Assembly (NCBI GenBank): GCA_031549925.1
Contig: JAVBPA010000006.1
Location: forward strand, 1-64,000
Direction: 5' to 3'
Source: Eubacteriales bacterium
GTDB lineage: Bacteria; Bacillota; Clostridia; Oscillospirales; CAG-272
Length of the DNA: 64,000 nucleotides
Part shown: one piece after another, positions 1 through 10,775 of the stretch
Position numbering within the stretch: position 1 is the first letter of the stretch
Layout of the letters: the number at the start of each line of letters is the position of its first letter
Translations under genes and position numbers: made by a program
The notes under the pieces: generated by a model
Seen by the model: the letters and a program-made list of their open reading frames with translations, nothing else
Told to the model about the DNA's origin: nothing
Database searches by the model: none

Positions 1-1830
1 TTTTTCAAAAACATCAAATTCTGATAAACCGATTGCTTTGGCTTCAGGAAAATCAGAAGCTATATATTCATTCATTAAATGTTCGTAAACATAATAAGCT
101 CCGAGTTCGTTCCAATGGGTATCAGTTTTATTATATATAATAAAATCAGCTTCATCTTTTTTTTCAAGAAGCATTTTTGTCAGATTAGGGAATATAACTT
201 CTGAGTCTTCCATTGCTGTATATAACATTTCAAGTTTAGATTTTGCTCCCTCTGTTTTATAAGCGGATAACCAATTTGGCATTGTTTCCGGATAAATCGT
301 CGAATGATTTGGGGCAACCATTATTATAAGCTTAGTATTAGGAGAAACTTCCTGAATATTTTTTAATATACGTTCAAATCTGTTCCGCATATTTTTTGCC
401 GCAGTTTCCGAATATGTATTAACAGCAAGATAATCATTTGCGGTTTCGTTTATATGAATATGACCCGAAAGACCGACAAAAGCACCTTTGTTTCCGCGGC
501 GCATATTTGATTTAATTGTGACAGTTATGGGAGAACTATCTTTTTTACCTTCGGTTTTTGCGGTTATAATTATTTCCTGAACATCACTTTTGCAATATAT
601 GTCAAGTAAAAATATACCGTTTTCGCAATAGTATGTATATGAATCGTCACTGCTTCCCGTAATATACAGAGTTGATCCTGCTTCTGTAACTCCGGCTACA
701 GCCAGTCTTTCGTTATCGGAAAATCTCTTCCCCGTAACTATAGGAGTTGCGAGCGTGTTTTCATCAGGAGGGATTAATTCAAGCGATTCAGGAATAGGAT
801 CATCTTCATTTTTTACAGGTTCTACAGAAGCGGGATTATCGTTATTTTCATTTTTAGTTTCAAACATATCCATATTTTGCGATTCGCTGGTAAGCAGAAG
901 ATCAAGCTCACTTTCAGATATTAAAAAAACTGCCTGATTAGGTTTATATTCTAAAGTTACCGAAGCATCTGTATTAAATCCCGTTGAATATACTATGCTT
1001 TTAAATGTCAATGATGTAAATTTATTAATTGCATCAATGTTTTTTTCTGTTCCGTATAAAATTAGATTTGTATATCTGTAATCTTTATTTCTTTTATCTT
1101 CGGAAATTGTAGTTACCGATATATTAGATTCGCTTGTATTTTGTTTTTCATACGGTATTTCATCTTTATATGTCAGTGATATAGTTTTATTTTTAAATTT
1201 TGAAACACTGTTTATAAGTGAAGCATATTCCAATCCTTCATCGTCCGCAATACTAATATTAAATTTATCAAAAGCCGCTAAATTTAAACTAGCTATATTT
1301 AAAGTATTTACCGCTTTAACAATTTCTGTATAGGCGAGATAGGCTCCCATTTCAGAAATATTAGCTCCCGTTCTTTGATACAAATCAAATGCCGCACTGT
1401 TCATAGTATAAAGCTCTGTCATATCAACCATTGTGACACGGGTATTTTTCTTTATATAATTGTAAACTTGAGTGATTCTGTTTTCGGTTCCTTTTTTATT
1501 TTTAATATCAGATGGTAATTTGCTGGAATAAATATTCATTCTGTCAGGGATTATAACCATAATTAAATCGGTGTTGGTTTTAGCAAAAAAAGAACGTTTA
1601 TTTTTAATAACCGATAATATCTTTTCAAGTTCTTCGTCAGAAAACAGTTTCTGTTCTATATAATTTTTATATTCAATACTGTTTTCGTCAAAAAGCCATC
1701 CTTCTTCTCCTATAATAATCCCTGTTCCGGTTGTATCGGGTATATTATCGGAGCAAGATATAAATGATGAGCATATTACCGAAATTAAAATTATGAAAAA
1801 AGCTTTGTTCGTAATGTTTTTTAATTTCAT
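1..1830 (-). CDS. Secreted lipoprotein with tandem AlgX/AlgJ-like (DHHW-family) SGNH-hydrolase-like modules; 3' end lies beyond the window start
   Basis: Long open frame on the reverse strand, starting with ATG at 1830-1828 and with no stop before position 1. It is absent from the ORF track because it is truncated at the window edge. The N-terminus MKLKNITNKAFFIILISVICSSFISCSDN is a lipoprotein signal with a lipobox Cys. The C-terminal module has GxSGHIHI...NKTDTHWNELGAYYVYEHL, which matches the DHHW/AlgJ motif; an earlier module, GWLFDENS...TGANISEMGAYLAY, looks like a degenerate copy. Confidence 0.45.
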   Translation of the reverse strand, partial: MKLKNITNKAFFIILISVICSSFISCSDNIPDTTGTGIIIGEEGWLFDENSIEYKNYIEQKLFSDEELEKILSVIKNKRSFFAKTNTDLIMVIIPDRMNIYSSKLPSDIKNKKGTENRITQVYNYIKKNTRVTMVDMTELYTMNSAAFDLYQRTGANISEMGAYLAYTEIVKAVNTLNIASLNLAAFDKFNISIADDEGLEYASLINSVSKFKNKTISLTYKDEIPYEKQNTSESNISVTTISEDKRNKDYRYTNLILYGTEKNIDAINKFTSLTFKSIVYSTGFNTDASVTLEYKPNQAVFLISESELDLLLTSESQNMDMFETKNENNDNPASVEPVKNEDDPIPESLELIPPDENTLATPIVTGKRFSDNERLAVAGVTEAGSTLYITGSSDDSYTYYCENGIFLLDIYCKSDVQEIIITAKTEGKKDSSPITVTIKSNMRRGNKGAFVGLSGHIHINETANDYLAVNTYSETAAKNMRNRFERILKNIQEVSPNTKLIIMVAPNHSTIYPETMPNWLSAYKTEGAKSKLEMLYTAMEDSEVIFPNLTKMLLEKKDEADFIIYNKTDTHWNELGAYYVYEHLMNEYIASDFPEAKAIGLSEFDVFEK

Positions 1831-2041
1831 ATTATACATAAATAAATTAAACAGCCCCCGTTTAATAATTTGTAATAAGATACTTAGTAGCAAAAATTCA
1901 CATAAATCCAGAGATTTGGCAGAAAAATATAGCTGCCTAAAATAATAGGATTTATGTGAATTTGTCGGTTTATAACTGATAACCGGAAAAACTTCCGGTG
2001 ACCGCAAAAATTTTTTGTATTAACTTATGTTTCTTTACAGA

Positions 2042-2383
2042 TTATATCTTTTCTTTAACTTTTGATTGTTTACCGACACGATCACGGAGATAATAAAGTT
2101 TAGCCCGTCTTACCTTACCGCGGCGTATGATTTCAACTTTTTCAACAAACGGGGAATGGACTGGAAATATCTTTTCTACGCCGATACCGTAAGAAATGCG
2201 GCGTACTGTAAATGTTTCTGTCAAACCGCCTCCGCTGCGCGCTATAATAGTTCCCTCATAAACCTGAACTCTTTCTTTAGCGCCTTCCTTGATTTTGTTG
2301 TAAACCTTCACACTGTCACCGATATTGAGTTCCGGAACAGACTCTTTTAACTGTTCACTCTGTAAAGCCTGGATTTTATCCAT
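2042..2383 (-). CDS. rplS: 50S ribosomal protein L19
   Basis: Translation (MDKIQALQ...[38 protein letters not shown]...[14 protein letters not shown]) is canonical L19. The start was chosen at the internal ATG, which has AGGAGG 7 nt upstream; the 35-codon N-terminal extension shown in the ORF track is probably not translated. Confidence 0.9.
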   Translation of the reverse strand: MDKIQALQSEQLKESVPELNIGDSVKVYNKIKEGAKERVQVYEGTIIARSGGGLTETFTVRRISYGIGVEKIFPVHSPFVEKVEIIRRGKVRRAKLYYLRDRVGKQSKVKEKI

Positions 2384-2678
2384 AAATTCGGCTTCCTCCT
2401 TCGTTATAATAAAACGACCGTATAAAACGGAAAATCGAGGACGTTCATACAGGAGCTGCAGAGGACCGTCCAATTTAATTAGCATGTAATAAATAATGTG
2501 TTATCACAATTTATGTTCAACTGCACAACGCTACTATTATAACACAGTATTATATAAATTGCAATATGTTTTTCAATAATCATTATAAAATATATAAAAA
2601 AATGATTAAAAAATAATAGCTTTTTTGTTTATTTGAAAAAAGTACATGTATAATTATTTTTTAAACAAACTATTTATT

Positions 2679-3308
2679 CTATTTTGTTCCGTAAAGCCTG
2701 TCGCCGGCATCACCGAGGCCGGGAATTATATAAGCGTGTTCATTCAAATGAGAATCCAAAGCCGCGGTGTAAATATCGACATCTGGGTGATCTTTCATCA
2801 TTTTATCGACACCTTCCGGTGCGCTTACAAGACAAAGCAAACGAATATTATTACAACCTCGTTTTTTAAGAATAGTTATTGCGTCAGAAGAACTTCCTCC
2901 TGTCGCAAGCATGGGATCCGCAACTATTACAAGCCGGTTTTCGATATCGAAAGGAAGCTTACAATAATATTCTACCGGAAGATGAGTTTCATTATCGCGG
3001 TATATACCTATATGACCTACTTTAGCAACGGGAATTAAATTTAATAAACCGTCGACCATTCCCAATCCCGCGCGAAGTATAGGAACAATAGCTAGCTTTT
3101 TACCTGAAATAGATTTTGCTGTCATTTGTGCTACAGGAGTTTCGATTTCAATATCTTCAATAGGCAAATCGCGTGTTAATTCATATCCCATCAAAATTGT
3201 TATTTCTTCTAATAATTGACGAAAATCTTTAGGACCTGTATTTTTATCACGCATAATCGAAAGCTTGTGCTGTATTAGAGGATGATTTATTATATTTAAA
3301 TTTCCCAT
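2679..3308 (-). CDS. upp: Uracil phosphoribosyltransferase
   Basis: [24 protein letters not shown]...[12 protein letters not shown]...[14 protein letters not shown] is the canonical UPRTase sequence. Confidence 0.9.
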   Translation of the reverse strand: MGNLNIINHPLIQHKLSIMRDKNTGPKDFRQLLEEITILMGYELTRDLPIEDIEIETPVAQMTAKSISGKKLAIVPILRAGLGMVDGLLNLIPVAKVGHIGIYRDNETHLPVEYYCKLPFDIENRLVIVADPMLATGGSSSDAITILKKRGCNNIRLLCLVSAPEGVDKMMKDHPDVDIYTAALDSHLNEHAYIIPGLGDAGDRLYGTK

Positions 3309-3449
3309 TTTAAAATCCTTTTTAATATAAACTTCTGTTATTAATTATAATCAAAATAATTGTATATATCAAGTAAATATGTTCATATTTAATATTTGAT
3401 TTACATTTTTATATTGACCTTATATATTATATAGTTTATAATAATTTAT

Positions 3450-4784
3450 ATGGATCATAATATTACAGATAAAAAGTATTCGGCTGCAATAATAACTCTG
3501 GGTTGCCGGGTAAATCAATACGAAAGCCGCGTTATTTATGAAAAATTAATCGAAAAGGGAATTGTTTTAAAAGAAAGCAACGAAATCTGCGATTTATATA
3601 TCATAAATACATGTGCTGTTACAGCGGAAAGCGAACGGAAATCAAGGCAATTAATACGCCGCTGTAAATTATTAAATAAAAATGCTGTTATAGCGGTTTT
3701 AGGATGTTCATCCCAGCTTGATATACAAAAAATAACCGATATGAAGGCAGCAGATATAATCGGGGGAAGCCGTGACAAAACACGGCTTGCGGTTGTTGCC
3801 TTGGATATTTTATTCAACGGTATAAAACCAGATGTACCTATTGTTTTGGATGGCACTTTTGATTTGTTTTGTAATTATATAAAAACTGAAAAAATTACGG
3901 GATTCGACCGTGTGCGTTCTTATATAAAAATAGAAGACGGTTGTAATGGTGCTTGTTCTTACTGTGTGATTCCCAAAATCCGCGGGGAAGTCATCCTGCG
4001 TCCGCAAAATGATATTATATCCGAAATACAAGTATTAGCTTCAAAAAAATGCCGTGAAGTAGTTTTGACGGGAATTGAAACCGCAGCTTACGGAAAAGAA
4101 TTAGATATTTTAATTAAAAAAATAAACAGTATCGAAAATATCGAACGTATAAGACTCGGATCAATGGATCCGGCTTTTTTGAGAAATGAATTTATCGATT
4201 CTGTTTTTGATAACGAACATTTTATGCCTCATTTTCATATATCTTTGCAAAGCGGTTCCAATACAACTTTAGGTGCAATGAAAAGAAAATATAATGCAGA
4301 TACAGCGTATTCATATTTAGAATATATAAAAAAGAAAATACCTTCAGTTATGCTTTCAGCGGATATAATCTGCGGTTTTCCCGGCGAAAGTGAACAGGAT
4401 TTTAATTTAACGCTTGAATTTATAAAAAATATAAAATTTTTACATATTCATAACTTCATTTTTTCTCCGCGTCCTAAAACAGAAGCTTATAATATGAAAA
4501 ATAAAATATCCGAATCCGAAAAAAAGGCGCGTGCGGAAGAACTTGTTAAAATACAGGAAAAAATAAAATTTGAATTGCTTTCGGATATTGTCAACAAAAA
4601 TAAACCGGTTAAAGTCTTAATTGAAAAACACGAAAATGGATATTTATACGGACACTCTGAAAATTTTTGTGAATATAAAATAAAAACCGATAAAAATAAT
4701 ATTGATATGAAAGGTGTTATAATTCCGGTTTTGCCGGATTCCCATGACGGAAATATTATAACAGGTTTTGATAATGCAAAATAA
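3450..4784 (+). CDS. mtaB: Radical-SAM methylthiotransferase, MiaB/RimO/MtaB family (MtaB-like)
   Basis: N-terminal MTTase domain (TLGCRVNQYES), a radical-SAM Cys triad (CNGACSYCVIP), and a C-terminal TRAM-like region. The MtaB-like TLGC(K/R)VNQYE start suggests the t6A37 methylthiotransferase. Confidence 0.6.
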   Translation: MDHNITDKKYSAAIITLGCRVNQYESRVIYEKLIEKGIVLKESNEICDLYIINTCAVTAESERKSRQLIRRCKLLNKNAVIAVLGCSSQLDIQKITDMKAADIIGGSRDKTRLAVVALDILFNGIKPDVPIVLDGTFDLFCNYIKTEKITGFDRVRSYIKIEDGCNGACSYCVIPKIRGEVILRPQNDIISEIQVLASKKCREVVLTGIETAAYGKELDILIKKINSIENIERIRLGSMDPAFLRNEFIDSVFDNEHFMPHFHISLQSGSNTTLGAMKRKYNADTAYSYLEYIKKKIPSVMLSADIICGFPGESEQDFNLTLEFIKNIKFLHIHNFIFSPRPKTEAYNMKNKISESEKKARAEELVKIQEKIKFELLSDIVNKNKPVKVLIEKHENGYLYGHSENFCEYKIKTDKNNIDMKGVIIPVLPDSHDGNIITGFDNAK

Positions 4785-5598
4785 AAATATTATACATCAG
4801 CTCAGCGGAGTTACATCAACCCAAATGATGTCTTATGTAATCGAAACAGATGATGGAAAATGTATCGTAATTGACGGCGGATTAACAGCCGACGCAAAAA
4901 AATTGGTACAATATATAAAGGATTTAAACGGCGGAACTGTTCACGCTTGGATATTAACCCATCCTCATCTCGATCATATTGACGCTTTTTGCGAAGTTAT
5001 ATCTTATGATGATTTTTGCGGTCTTGAAATATTATCAGTATATTATAATTTCCCGGATATTTCATATTTCAATAAATATATTCCTGATGGAAGTGAATCT
5101 GTAACGTTATCAATATTTAATACAAAAATTCCTTGTATTTCCGAATATGTACATATTTTAAAAATCGGTGAAAGAATAAATATCGGTTCTGTTTATTTTG
5201 ATGTTTTATGGACATATGATGAAAATATTAATGTAAATATCGTAAACAATTCTTCGGTAGTGTTAAAAATGTATATAGGGGATAAAACTTTTCTTATAAC
5301 AGGAGATCTCGGAGTTGAAGCGGGGCAGAGATGTGTTCAAATGTACGGAAATGATCTTCATTGTGATATTGTCGAAATGGCACATCACGGACAAAATGGA
5401 GCGGATTTTGATTTTTATAAAAAAGTTTCTCCAAACGTTTGTTTGTGGTGTACACCCCTCTGGCTTTGGGAAAACAATGCCGGAAAAGGTTATGATACGC
5501 ACATATGGAAAACAATCGTCGTAAGAGGATGGATGAGCGAACTTGGTGTAAGGAGCCATTATATAACAAAAGACGGCGACGCGGACATTAATATATAA
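4768..5598 (+). CDS. MBL-fold metallo-hydrolase
   Basis: HPHLDHIDAF (HxHxDH) zinc-binding motif. Overlaps the upstream gene by 17 bp. Confidence 0.7.
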   Translation: MIMQNKNIIHQLSGVTSTQMMSYVIETDDGKCIVIDGGLTADAKKLVQYIKDLNGGTVHAWILTHPHLDHIDAFCEVISYDDFCGLEILSVYYNFPDISYFNKYIPDGSESVTLSIFNTKIPCISEYVHILKIGERINIGSVYFDVLWTYDENINVNIVNNSSVVLKMYIGDKTFLITGDLGVEAGQRCVQMYGNDLHCDIVEMAHHGQNGADFDFYKKVSPNVCLWCTPLWLWENNAGKGYDTHIWKTIVVRGWMSELGVRSHYITKDGDADINI

Positions 5599-5629
5599 AA
5601 TAAATAATATATAAGAGAGATGCAATAAA

Positions 5630-8600
5630 ATGGTTTATACGATTTATGTGGAACGGCGGCAGGGACATGACAATGAAGCAAAATCAATGTTATATGATAT
5701 ACAAAAAAATCTTCTCATCAATTCGTTGGAATCGGTTAGATTTGTTAACCGTTATTTTGCCGAGGATATAAGTGAAAATATATTTGAAAAAGCAGTTCCC
5801 ACAATTTTTTCCGAACCTCAAACAGATATTGCCTCCCGTGAAATGGAATATTCGGGACATATTCTTATTGTGGAATATTTACCCGGGCAATTCGATCAGC
5901 GTTCCGATTCATGCGAACAATGTATTCAAATTTTAGCGGAAGGCGTTCGTCCAAAGATAAAAACCGCTAAAATATATATTTTCGGCGGAGATATAACAGA
6001 AGACGAATTTGAAAAAATTAAAAATTATATTATAAATCCGGTTGAGTGCCGTGAAACAACGCTTTTAATACCTCAAACTCTCAATGAAGAATATGAAATA
6101 CCGGATAAAGTGGACATTATAGATGATTTTATATCTGCCACTGATTCCGTTTGTTGTGATTTAATTAAAAAATACGGTCTCGCAATGGATATCGACGATA
6201 TTAAATTTTGCAGAGAGTATTTTAAAAATACGGAAAAACGTAATCCTACTATAACAGAATTAAAGCTTCTTGACACTTATTGGTCTGACCATTGCCGTCA
6301 TACAACATTTTTAACTATATTAGATGATGTTAAAATCGATGACCCTATAATAAAAGCAACATATGACGACTACATGGAAAAGCGGAAAATTATTTATACA
6401 ACAAAAAACAAAAGCATAACTTTGATGGACGCAGCGACTATTGCCGCAAAATATTTGAAAAAAACAGGTGCTTTAAAAAATCTTGACGAATCTGAAGAAA
6501 TTAACGCCTGTTCCGTCAAAATAAAAGTAAATACTCCGCAGGGTGAAGAAAACTGGCTTTTGATGTTTAAAAACGAAACACATAATCATCCTACGGAAAT
6601 TGAGCCTTACGGAGGAGCAGCCACATGTATCGGAGGAGCGATTCGTGATCCTCTTTCCGGACGAGCTTATGTATATCAGGCAATGCGTGTCACAGGAGCG
6701 GCTGATCCGCGTATACCGGTTGCACAAACCATGAAAGGAAAACTTCCGCAATCCAAATTGACTGTTACAGCCGCAAACGGGTATAGTTCATACGGTAATC
6801 AAATAGGACTCGCGACAGGCGGAGTTTATGAAATATATCATCCGGATTATGTTACAAAACGACTTGAAATTGGAGCGGTTATAGGAGCGGTTCCGGAAAA
6901 AAATGTTGTAAGAGAACAACCGATAGCCGGTGATATTGTTATACTTCTCGGAGGAAGAACAGGGCGCGACGGATGCGGAGGAGCTTCAGGTTCATCAAAA
7001 GCGCATAATTCTCAGTCGCTTGCTTCATGCGGAGCGGAAGTACAAAAGGGTAACGCTCCGGTAGAAAGAAAAATACAGCGATTATTCCGCAATCCGGAAG
7101 TTACACACCTAATAAAACGCTGCAACGATTTTGGAGCGGGAGGAATTTCTGTAGCTGTCGGAGAACTTGCTGACGGTCTTTGTATAGATTTGTCAAAAGT
7201 TCCGAAAAAATATGAGGGTTTAGACGGAACAGAGCTTGCTATATCAGAATCTCAGGAACGTATGGCTGTTGTTGTATGCGCATCAAATACCGAAAAATTC
7301 ATAAAATACGCAGAAAAAGAAAATCTTGAAGCTACTGCAATAGCATTTGTAACCGATGATAACAGGCTGAAAATGGAATGGAACGGAAATACAATAGTAG
7401 ATATATCGCGTGATTTTATAAATACAAACGGTGCTGATAAACATTCTGATGTTTATATTCCTTTATATGATAACAGAGAAATATATGTAAATTCTGCTGT
7501 TAAAACAGATATAGATACAAATGAAAACAATTTAAAAAATATATTTACCGCTATAGCGGGAGATTTAAACATTTGTTCTCAAAAAGGTTTGTCCGAACGT
7601 TTTGATTCTTCAATCGGAGCAGCAACCGTAATTCTTCCGCACGGAGGAAAATATCAATTAACACCGTCTCAATACATGGCTGCAAAAATTCCCTTACAAA
7701 ATTTATGCGGAACAACAACCGTTTCTGTTATGGCATACGGATTTAATCCTTATATAAGCAAATCTTCTCCTTACATCGGTTCTTACCTAGCTGTTTTGGA
7801 AAGTATTACAAAGCTTGTTGCGGCAGGTGTTGATTATAAAAATATATATCTGACTTTCCAGGAATATTTCGAAAAATTGAGAAATGATCCGGCAAGATGG
7901 GGAAAGCCTCTGGCTGCGCTGCTCGGAGCTTACCGGGCACAATTGGATTTTGCATCAGCCGCTATCGGAGGAAAAGACAGTATGAGCGGTTCATACGAAA
8001 ATCTCGATGTACCGCCTACACTTGTTTCTTTTGCGGTTGGCACATCTGAAATCGATAAAATTATATCAAATGAATTTAAAAACAGCAACAGTTATGTTTA
8101 TCTGCTTGAACCTAAAATAAATTCGGATATGCTGCCTGACAAAAACGAAATTATAAATATATATAACCAAATCGGCAATTTAAACGATGAAAAGAAAATA
8201 AAAGCAGCTTACACACTAACAAACGGCGGAACTGCGGAAGCGATATTAAAAATGTGCGCCGGAAATAATATTGGTTTTGTTTTTGAGAATTTCTACCCGG
8301 AAGAATTAACTTCTTTGAAATACGGTTCGGTTATAATAGAATCGGCAGAATTTATTGATAATATAAGATTAATCGGACATACTATAACGGAACCGGAAAT
8401 CAGACTTGGAAATTCGTCTGTTAAATTAAATGAAATATTGGAAATATGGAAATCAACTCTCAGCGATGTATTTCCTGTAAAACCCCAAAATGTTGAAGAA
8501 AAAACAACCGGAGTAATATCATACACCGCAAGAAGCAATATAAAACCAAGTATAAAAACTAACCGTCCGAAAATCATAATCCCTGTTTTCCCGGGAACAA

Positions 8601-9364
8601 ACTGTGAATATGACACTGCGCGTGCTTTTGAAAAAGCCGGAGCGGAAGCCGATATCTTTGTTTTATGTAATTTAAATTCTAAAATGCTTGCGGAATCGAT
8701 TGACGCATTAGCCGCAAAAATTAAACAAGCGCAAATACTTGTGCTTCCGGGAGGATTTTCAGGAGGGGACGAACCTGACGGATCAGGTAAATTTATAACC
8801 GCAATTTTACGTTCTCCGAAAATTTGCGATGCGGTAACAAATTTGCTTGATATCAGAGAAGGATTAGCTTTGGGTATTTGCAACGGTTTTCAAGCTTTAA
8901 TTAAATCCGGATTATTGCCTTACGGAAAAATTTTGCCTGTAATGGATAAAGAAAGCCCTACGCTTACATTTAACAGCATAGGAAGACATCAGGCTTTGAT
9001 TGTAAATACCCGCGTATCTTCCGTTAAATCTCCCTGGATGGCTCTTTGTGAACCGGGCGAAATACACACTATACCGATATCTCACGGAGAAGGAAGATTT
9101 ATAGCTAACAACGAAACGCTGAAAGATTTAATTGATAAAGGCAATGTGGCTACGCAATATTGTACTCCGGAAGGTATTCCTACAATGGAATCTAAATATA
9201 ATCCTAATTCATCTCTTTGCGCTATAGAAGGGATATTTAGTCCGGACGGCAGAATATTCGGTAAAATGGGGCACACGGAACGTATTGACGATACATTAGC
9301 GATTAATATAAAAGGCAATAAAAATCAAAGAATATTTGAAGCAGGTGTTTTGTACTTTAAATAA
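5630..9364 (+). CDS. purL: Phosphoribosylformylglycinamidine synthase (single-chain FGAM synthase)
   Basis: 1244 aa. Has the AIR-synthase-like repeats and a C-terminal class-I glutamine amidotransferase domain (LALGICNGFQAL...HGEGRF). Confidence 0.9.
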   Translation: MVYTIYVERRQGHDNEAKSMLYDIQKNLLINSLESVRFVNRYFAEDISENIFEKAVPTIFSEPQTDIASREMEYSGHILIVEYLPGQFDQRSDSCEQCIQILAEGVRPKIKTAKIYIFGGDITEDEFEKIKNYIINPVECRETTLLIPQTLNEEYEIPDKVDIIDDFISATDSVCCDLIKKYGLAMDIDDIKFCREYFKNTEKRNPTITELKLLDTYWSDHCRHTTFLTILDDVKIDDPIIKATYDDYMEKRKIIYTTKNKSITLMDAATIAAKYLKKTGALKNLDESEEINACSVKIKVNTPQGEENWLLMFKNETHNHPTEIEPYGGAATCIGGAIRDPLSGRAYVYQAMRVTGAADPRIPVAQTMKGKLPQSKLTVTAANGYSSYGNQIGLATGGVYEIYHPDYVTKRLEIGAVIGAVPEKNVVREQPIAGDIVILLGGRTGRDGCGGASGSSKAHNSQSLASCGAEVQKGNAPVERKIQRLFRNPEVTHLIKRCNDFGAGGISVAVGELADGLCIDLSKVPKKYEGLDGTELAISESQERMAVVVCASNTEKFIKYAEKENLEATAIAFVTDDNRLKMEWNGNTIVDISRDFINTNGADKHSDVYIPLYDNREIYVNSAVKTDIDTNENNLKNIFTAIAGDLNICSQKGLSERFDSSIGAATVILPHGGKYQLTPSQYMAAKIPLQNLCGTTTVSVMAYGFNPYISKSSPYIGSYLAVLESITKLVAAGVDYKNIYLTFQEYFEKLRNDPARWGKPLAALLGAYRAQLDFASAAIGGKDSMSGSYENLDVPPTLVSFAVGTSEIDKIISNEFKNSNSYVYLLEPKINSDMLPDKNEIINIYNQIGNLNDEKKIKAAYTLTNGGTAEAILKMCAGNNIGFVFENFYPEELTSLKYGSVIIESAEFIDNIRLIGHTITEPEIRLGNSSVKLNEILEIWKSTLSDVFPVKPQNVEEKTTGVISYTARSNIKPSIKTNRPKIIIPVFPGTNCEYDTARAFEKAGAEADIFVLCNLNSKMLAESIDALAAKIKQAQILVLPGGFSGGDEPDGSGKFITAILRSPKICDAVTNLLDIREGLALGICNGFQALIKSGLLPYGKILPVMDKESPTLTFNSIGRHQALIVNTRVSSVKSPWMALCEPGEIHTIPISHGEGRFIANNETLKDLIDKGNVATQYCTPEGIPTMESKYNPNSSLCAIEGIFSPDGRIFGKMGHTERIDDTLAINIKGNKNQRIFEAGVLYFK

Positions 9365-9380
9365 GAAAAACCTATATAAA

Positions 9381-10652
9381 ATGAAAAAATTATATTTTAG
9401 CTTATTTCTTTTCTTGAAGATAATAATTATTATTGTTATATCATTTTCAGCTTGTAATAAAAATAAATATAATACAAAAGAAAAAGACGGTGATAATGTA
9501 ACAAAAATAATATCACCATCTTTTGTTTCCGATGCTGATACAGGAAAAAAATCATCGGAACAAACGGGTAATACGGAAATACCAACAATAAAACCGGTAT
9601 ATGAAAAGCACAAAGTTTCTTTTTTAGCTGTAGGGGACAATATTACTTATTTCGGAAATTTAAGAGAAGCTGAAAAATATGCGGCAGAAACAGGCAGGAC
9701 ATACAATTTTAAGCATCAATATTCCGAAATTACAGATCTTATAGAAAAAGCGGATATAGCTTTTATAAATCAGGAAACTTTGATGGCGGGAGGAAACTTT
9801 AATATATCATATTATCCACGTTTCAATACTCCTCAGGATATGGGATATGATATAGCGGAAATCGGATTCAATTTAGTGAATGTAGCAAATAATCACATGC
9901 TTGACTGGGGAGCGAGGGGACTTATTGATACGATAAATTTTTGGCGGGATAATACGGATGTTTTCACTCTCGGCGATTATTTAAACGAAAATGAATACAC
10001 TCACCGTATATACGAAAAAAATGATATAAAAATTGCGTTCCTTTCATACACATACGGAACAAATTCCGGTATTGACAGGAATGATACCGGAGTTATTATT
10101 CCTTATATTAACGAAGAAATAATAAAAAAGCAAATACCTACCGCACAAAAGGAATCAGATATTGTAATTGTATCTGTTCACTGGGGAGATGAAAATACTT
10201 TTTCACCAAACGAAAAACAAAAAAAATATGCGTCTTTAATGTGTGAACTCGGTGCAGATGTTATTATAGGACATCATCCTCATGTTATACAACCGGTTGA
10301 ATGGATTATTTCAGAAGATAAGAAAAATAAAACCTTGTGTGTATATTCTCTCGGTAATATAGTTGCCGAAATGTCAAATGATTTTAATATGATTGGCGGA
10401 ATATTTACATTTGATATAGTGAAAGAGGGACCGGATACATTTGTTGAAAATCCGATTTTTAATCCGACTTTGTTTTATTATGATAAATCATTTTACGAAA
10501 ATCGGGTTTATTTATTTTCAGATGTTACGGAAGCATTTGCTTCTTCGCACGGAGTGGTGACTTACAAAGGAGCTAGTGTTTCGTATGAAAAATTTATGAA
10601 ATATATAAAAAACACAATTGATGTTTCGTTTCTTCCCGAAATTTATAAATAA
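9381..10652 (+). CDS. CapA/PGA_cap family metallophosphoesterase-like lipoprotein
   Basis: Start reassigned to MKKLYFSLFLFL..SFSAC, a signal peptide with a lipobox. CapA motifs are present: ADIAFINQETLMAGG, VSVHWGDENTF, ADVIIGHHPHVIQPVEW. Confidence 0.65.
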   Translation: MKKLYFSLFLFLKIIIIIVISFSACNKNKYNTKEKDGDNVTKIISPSFVSDADTGKKSSEQTGNTEIPTIKPVYEKHKVSFLAVGDNITYFGNLREAEKYAAETGRTYNFKHQYSEITDLIEKADIAFINQETLMAGGNFNISYYPRFNTPQDMGYDIAEIGFNLVNVANNHMLDWGARGLIDTINFWRDNTDVFTLGDYLNENEYTHRIYEKNDIKIAFLSYTYGTNSGIDRNDTGVIIPYINEEIIKKQIPTAQKESDIVIVSVHWGDENTFSPNEKQKKYASLMCELGADVIIGHHPHVIQPVEWIISEDKKNKTLCVYSLGNIVAEMSNDFNMIGGIFTFDIVKEGPDTFVENPIFNPTLFYYDKSFYENRVYLFSDVTEAFASSHGVVTYKGASVSYEKFMKYIKNTIDVSFLPEIYK

Positions 10653-10775
10653 AAAATAAAAAAGATTTTTCGATTCAATTATAATAACACTTATATTTTA
10701 ATTGTTTAAAATTAATAAGAAGTTTTATTATTAATCAAATTTAGAAAAATCTTTTTTTGCGGTGAAAATACAAAA

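Noticed and set aside
755-937. 60-aa plus-strand ORF
   Set aside because: Lies entirely inside the long minus-strand lipoprotein ORF, is low-complexity Ser/Gly-rich, and has no RBS.
2066-3038. Plus-strand ORFs (94, 130 and 61 aa) antisense to rplS and upp
   Set aside because: They overlap well-supported conserved genes on the opposite strand and their translations lack recognisable motifs.
10655-10756. Long-range 13-bp inverted repeat (AAAAAGATTTTTC / GAAAAATCTTTTT) between the convergent capA-like and Zn-ribbon genes
   Set aside because: AT-only, and a 75-nt spacer. It is most likely a chance match or a weak bidirectional terminator, so it is not called.
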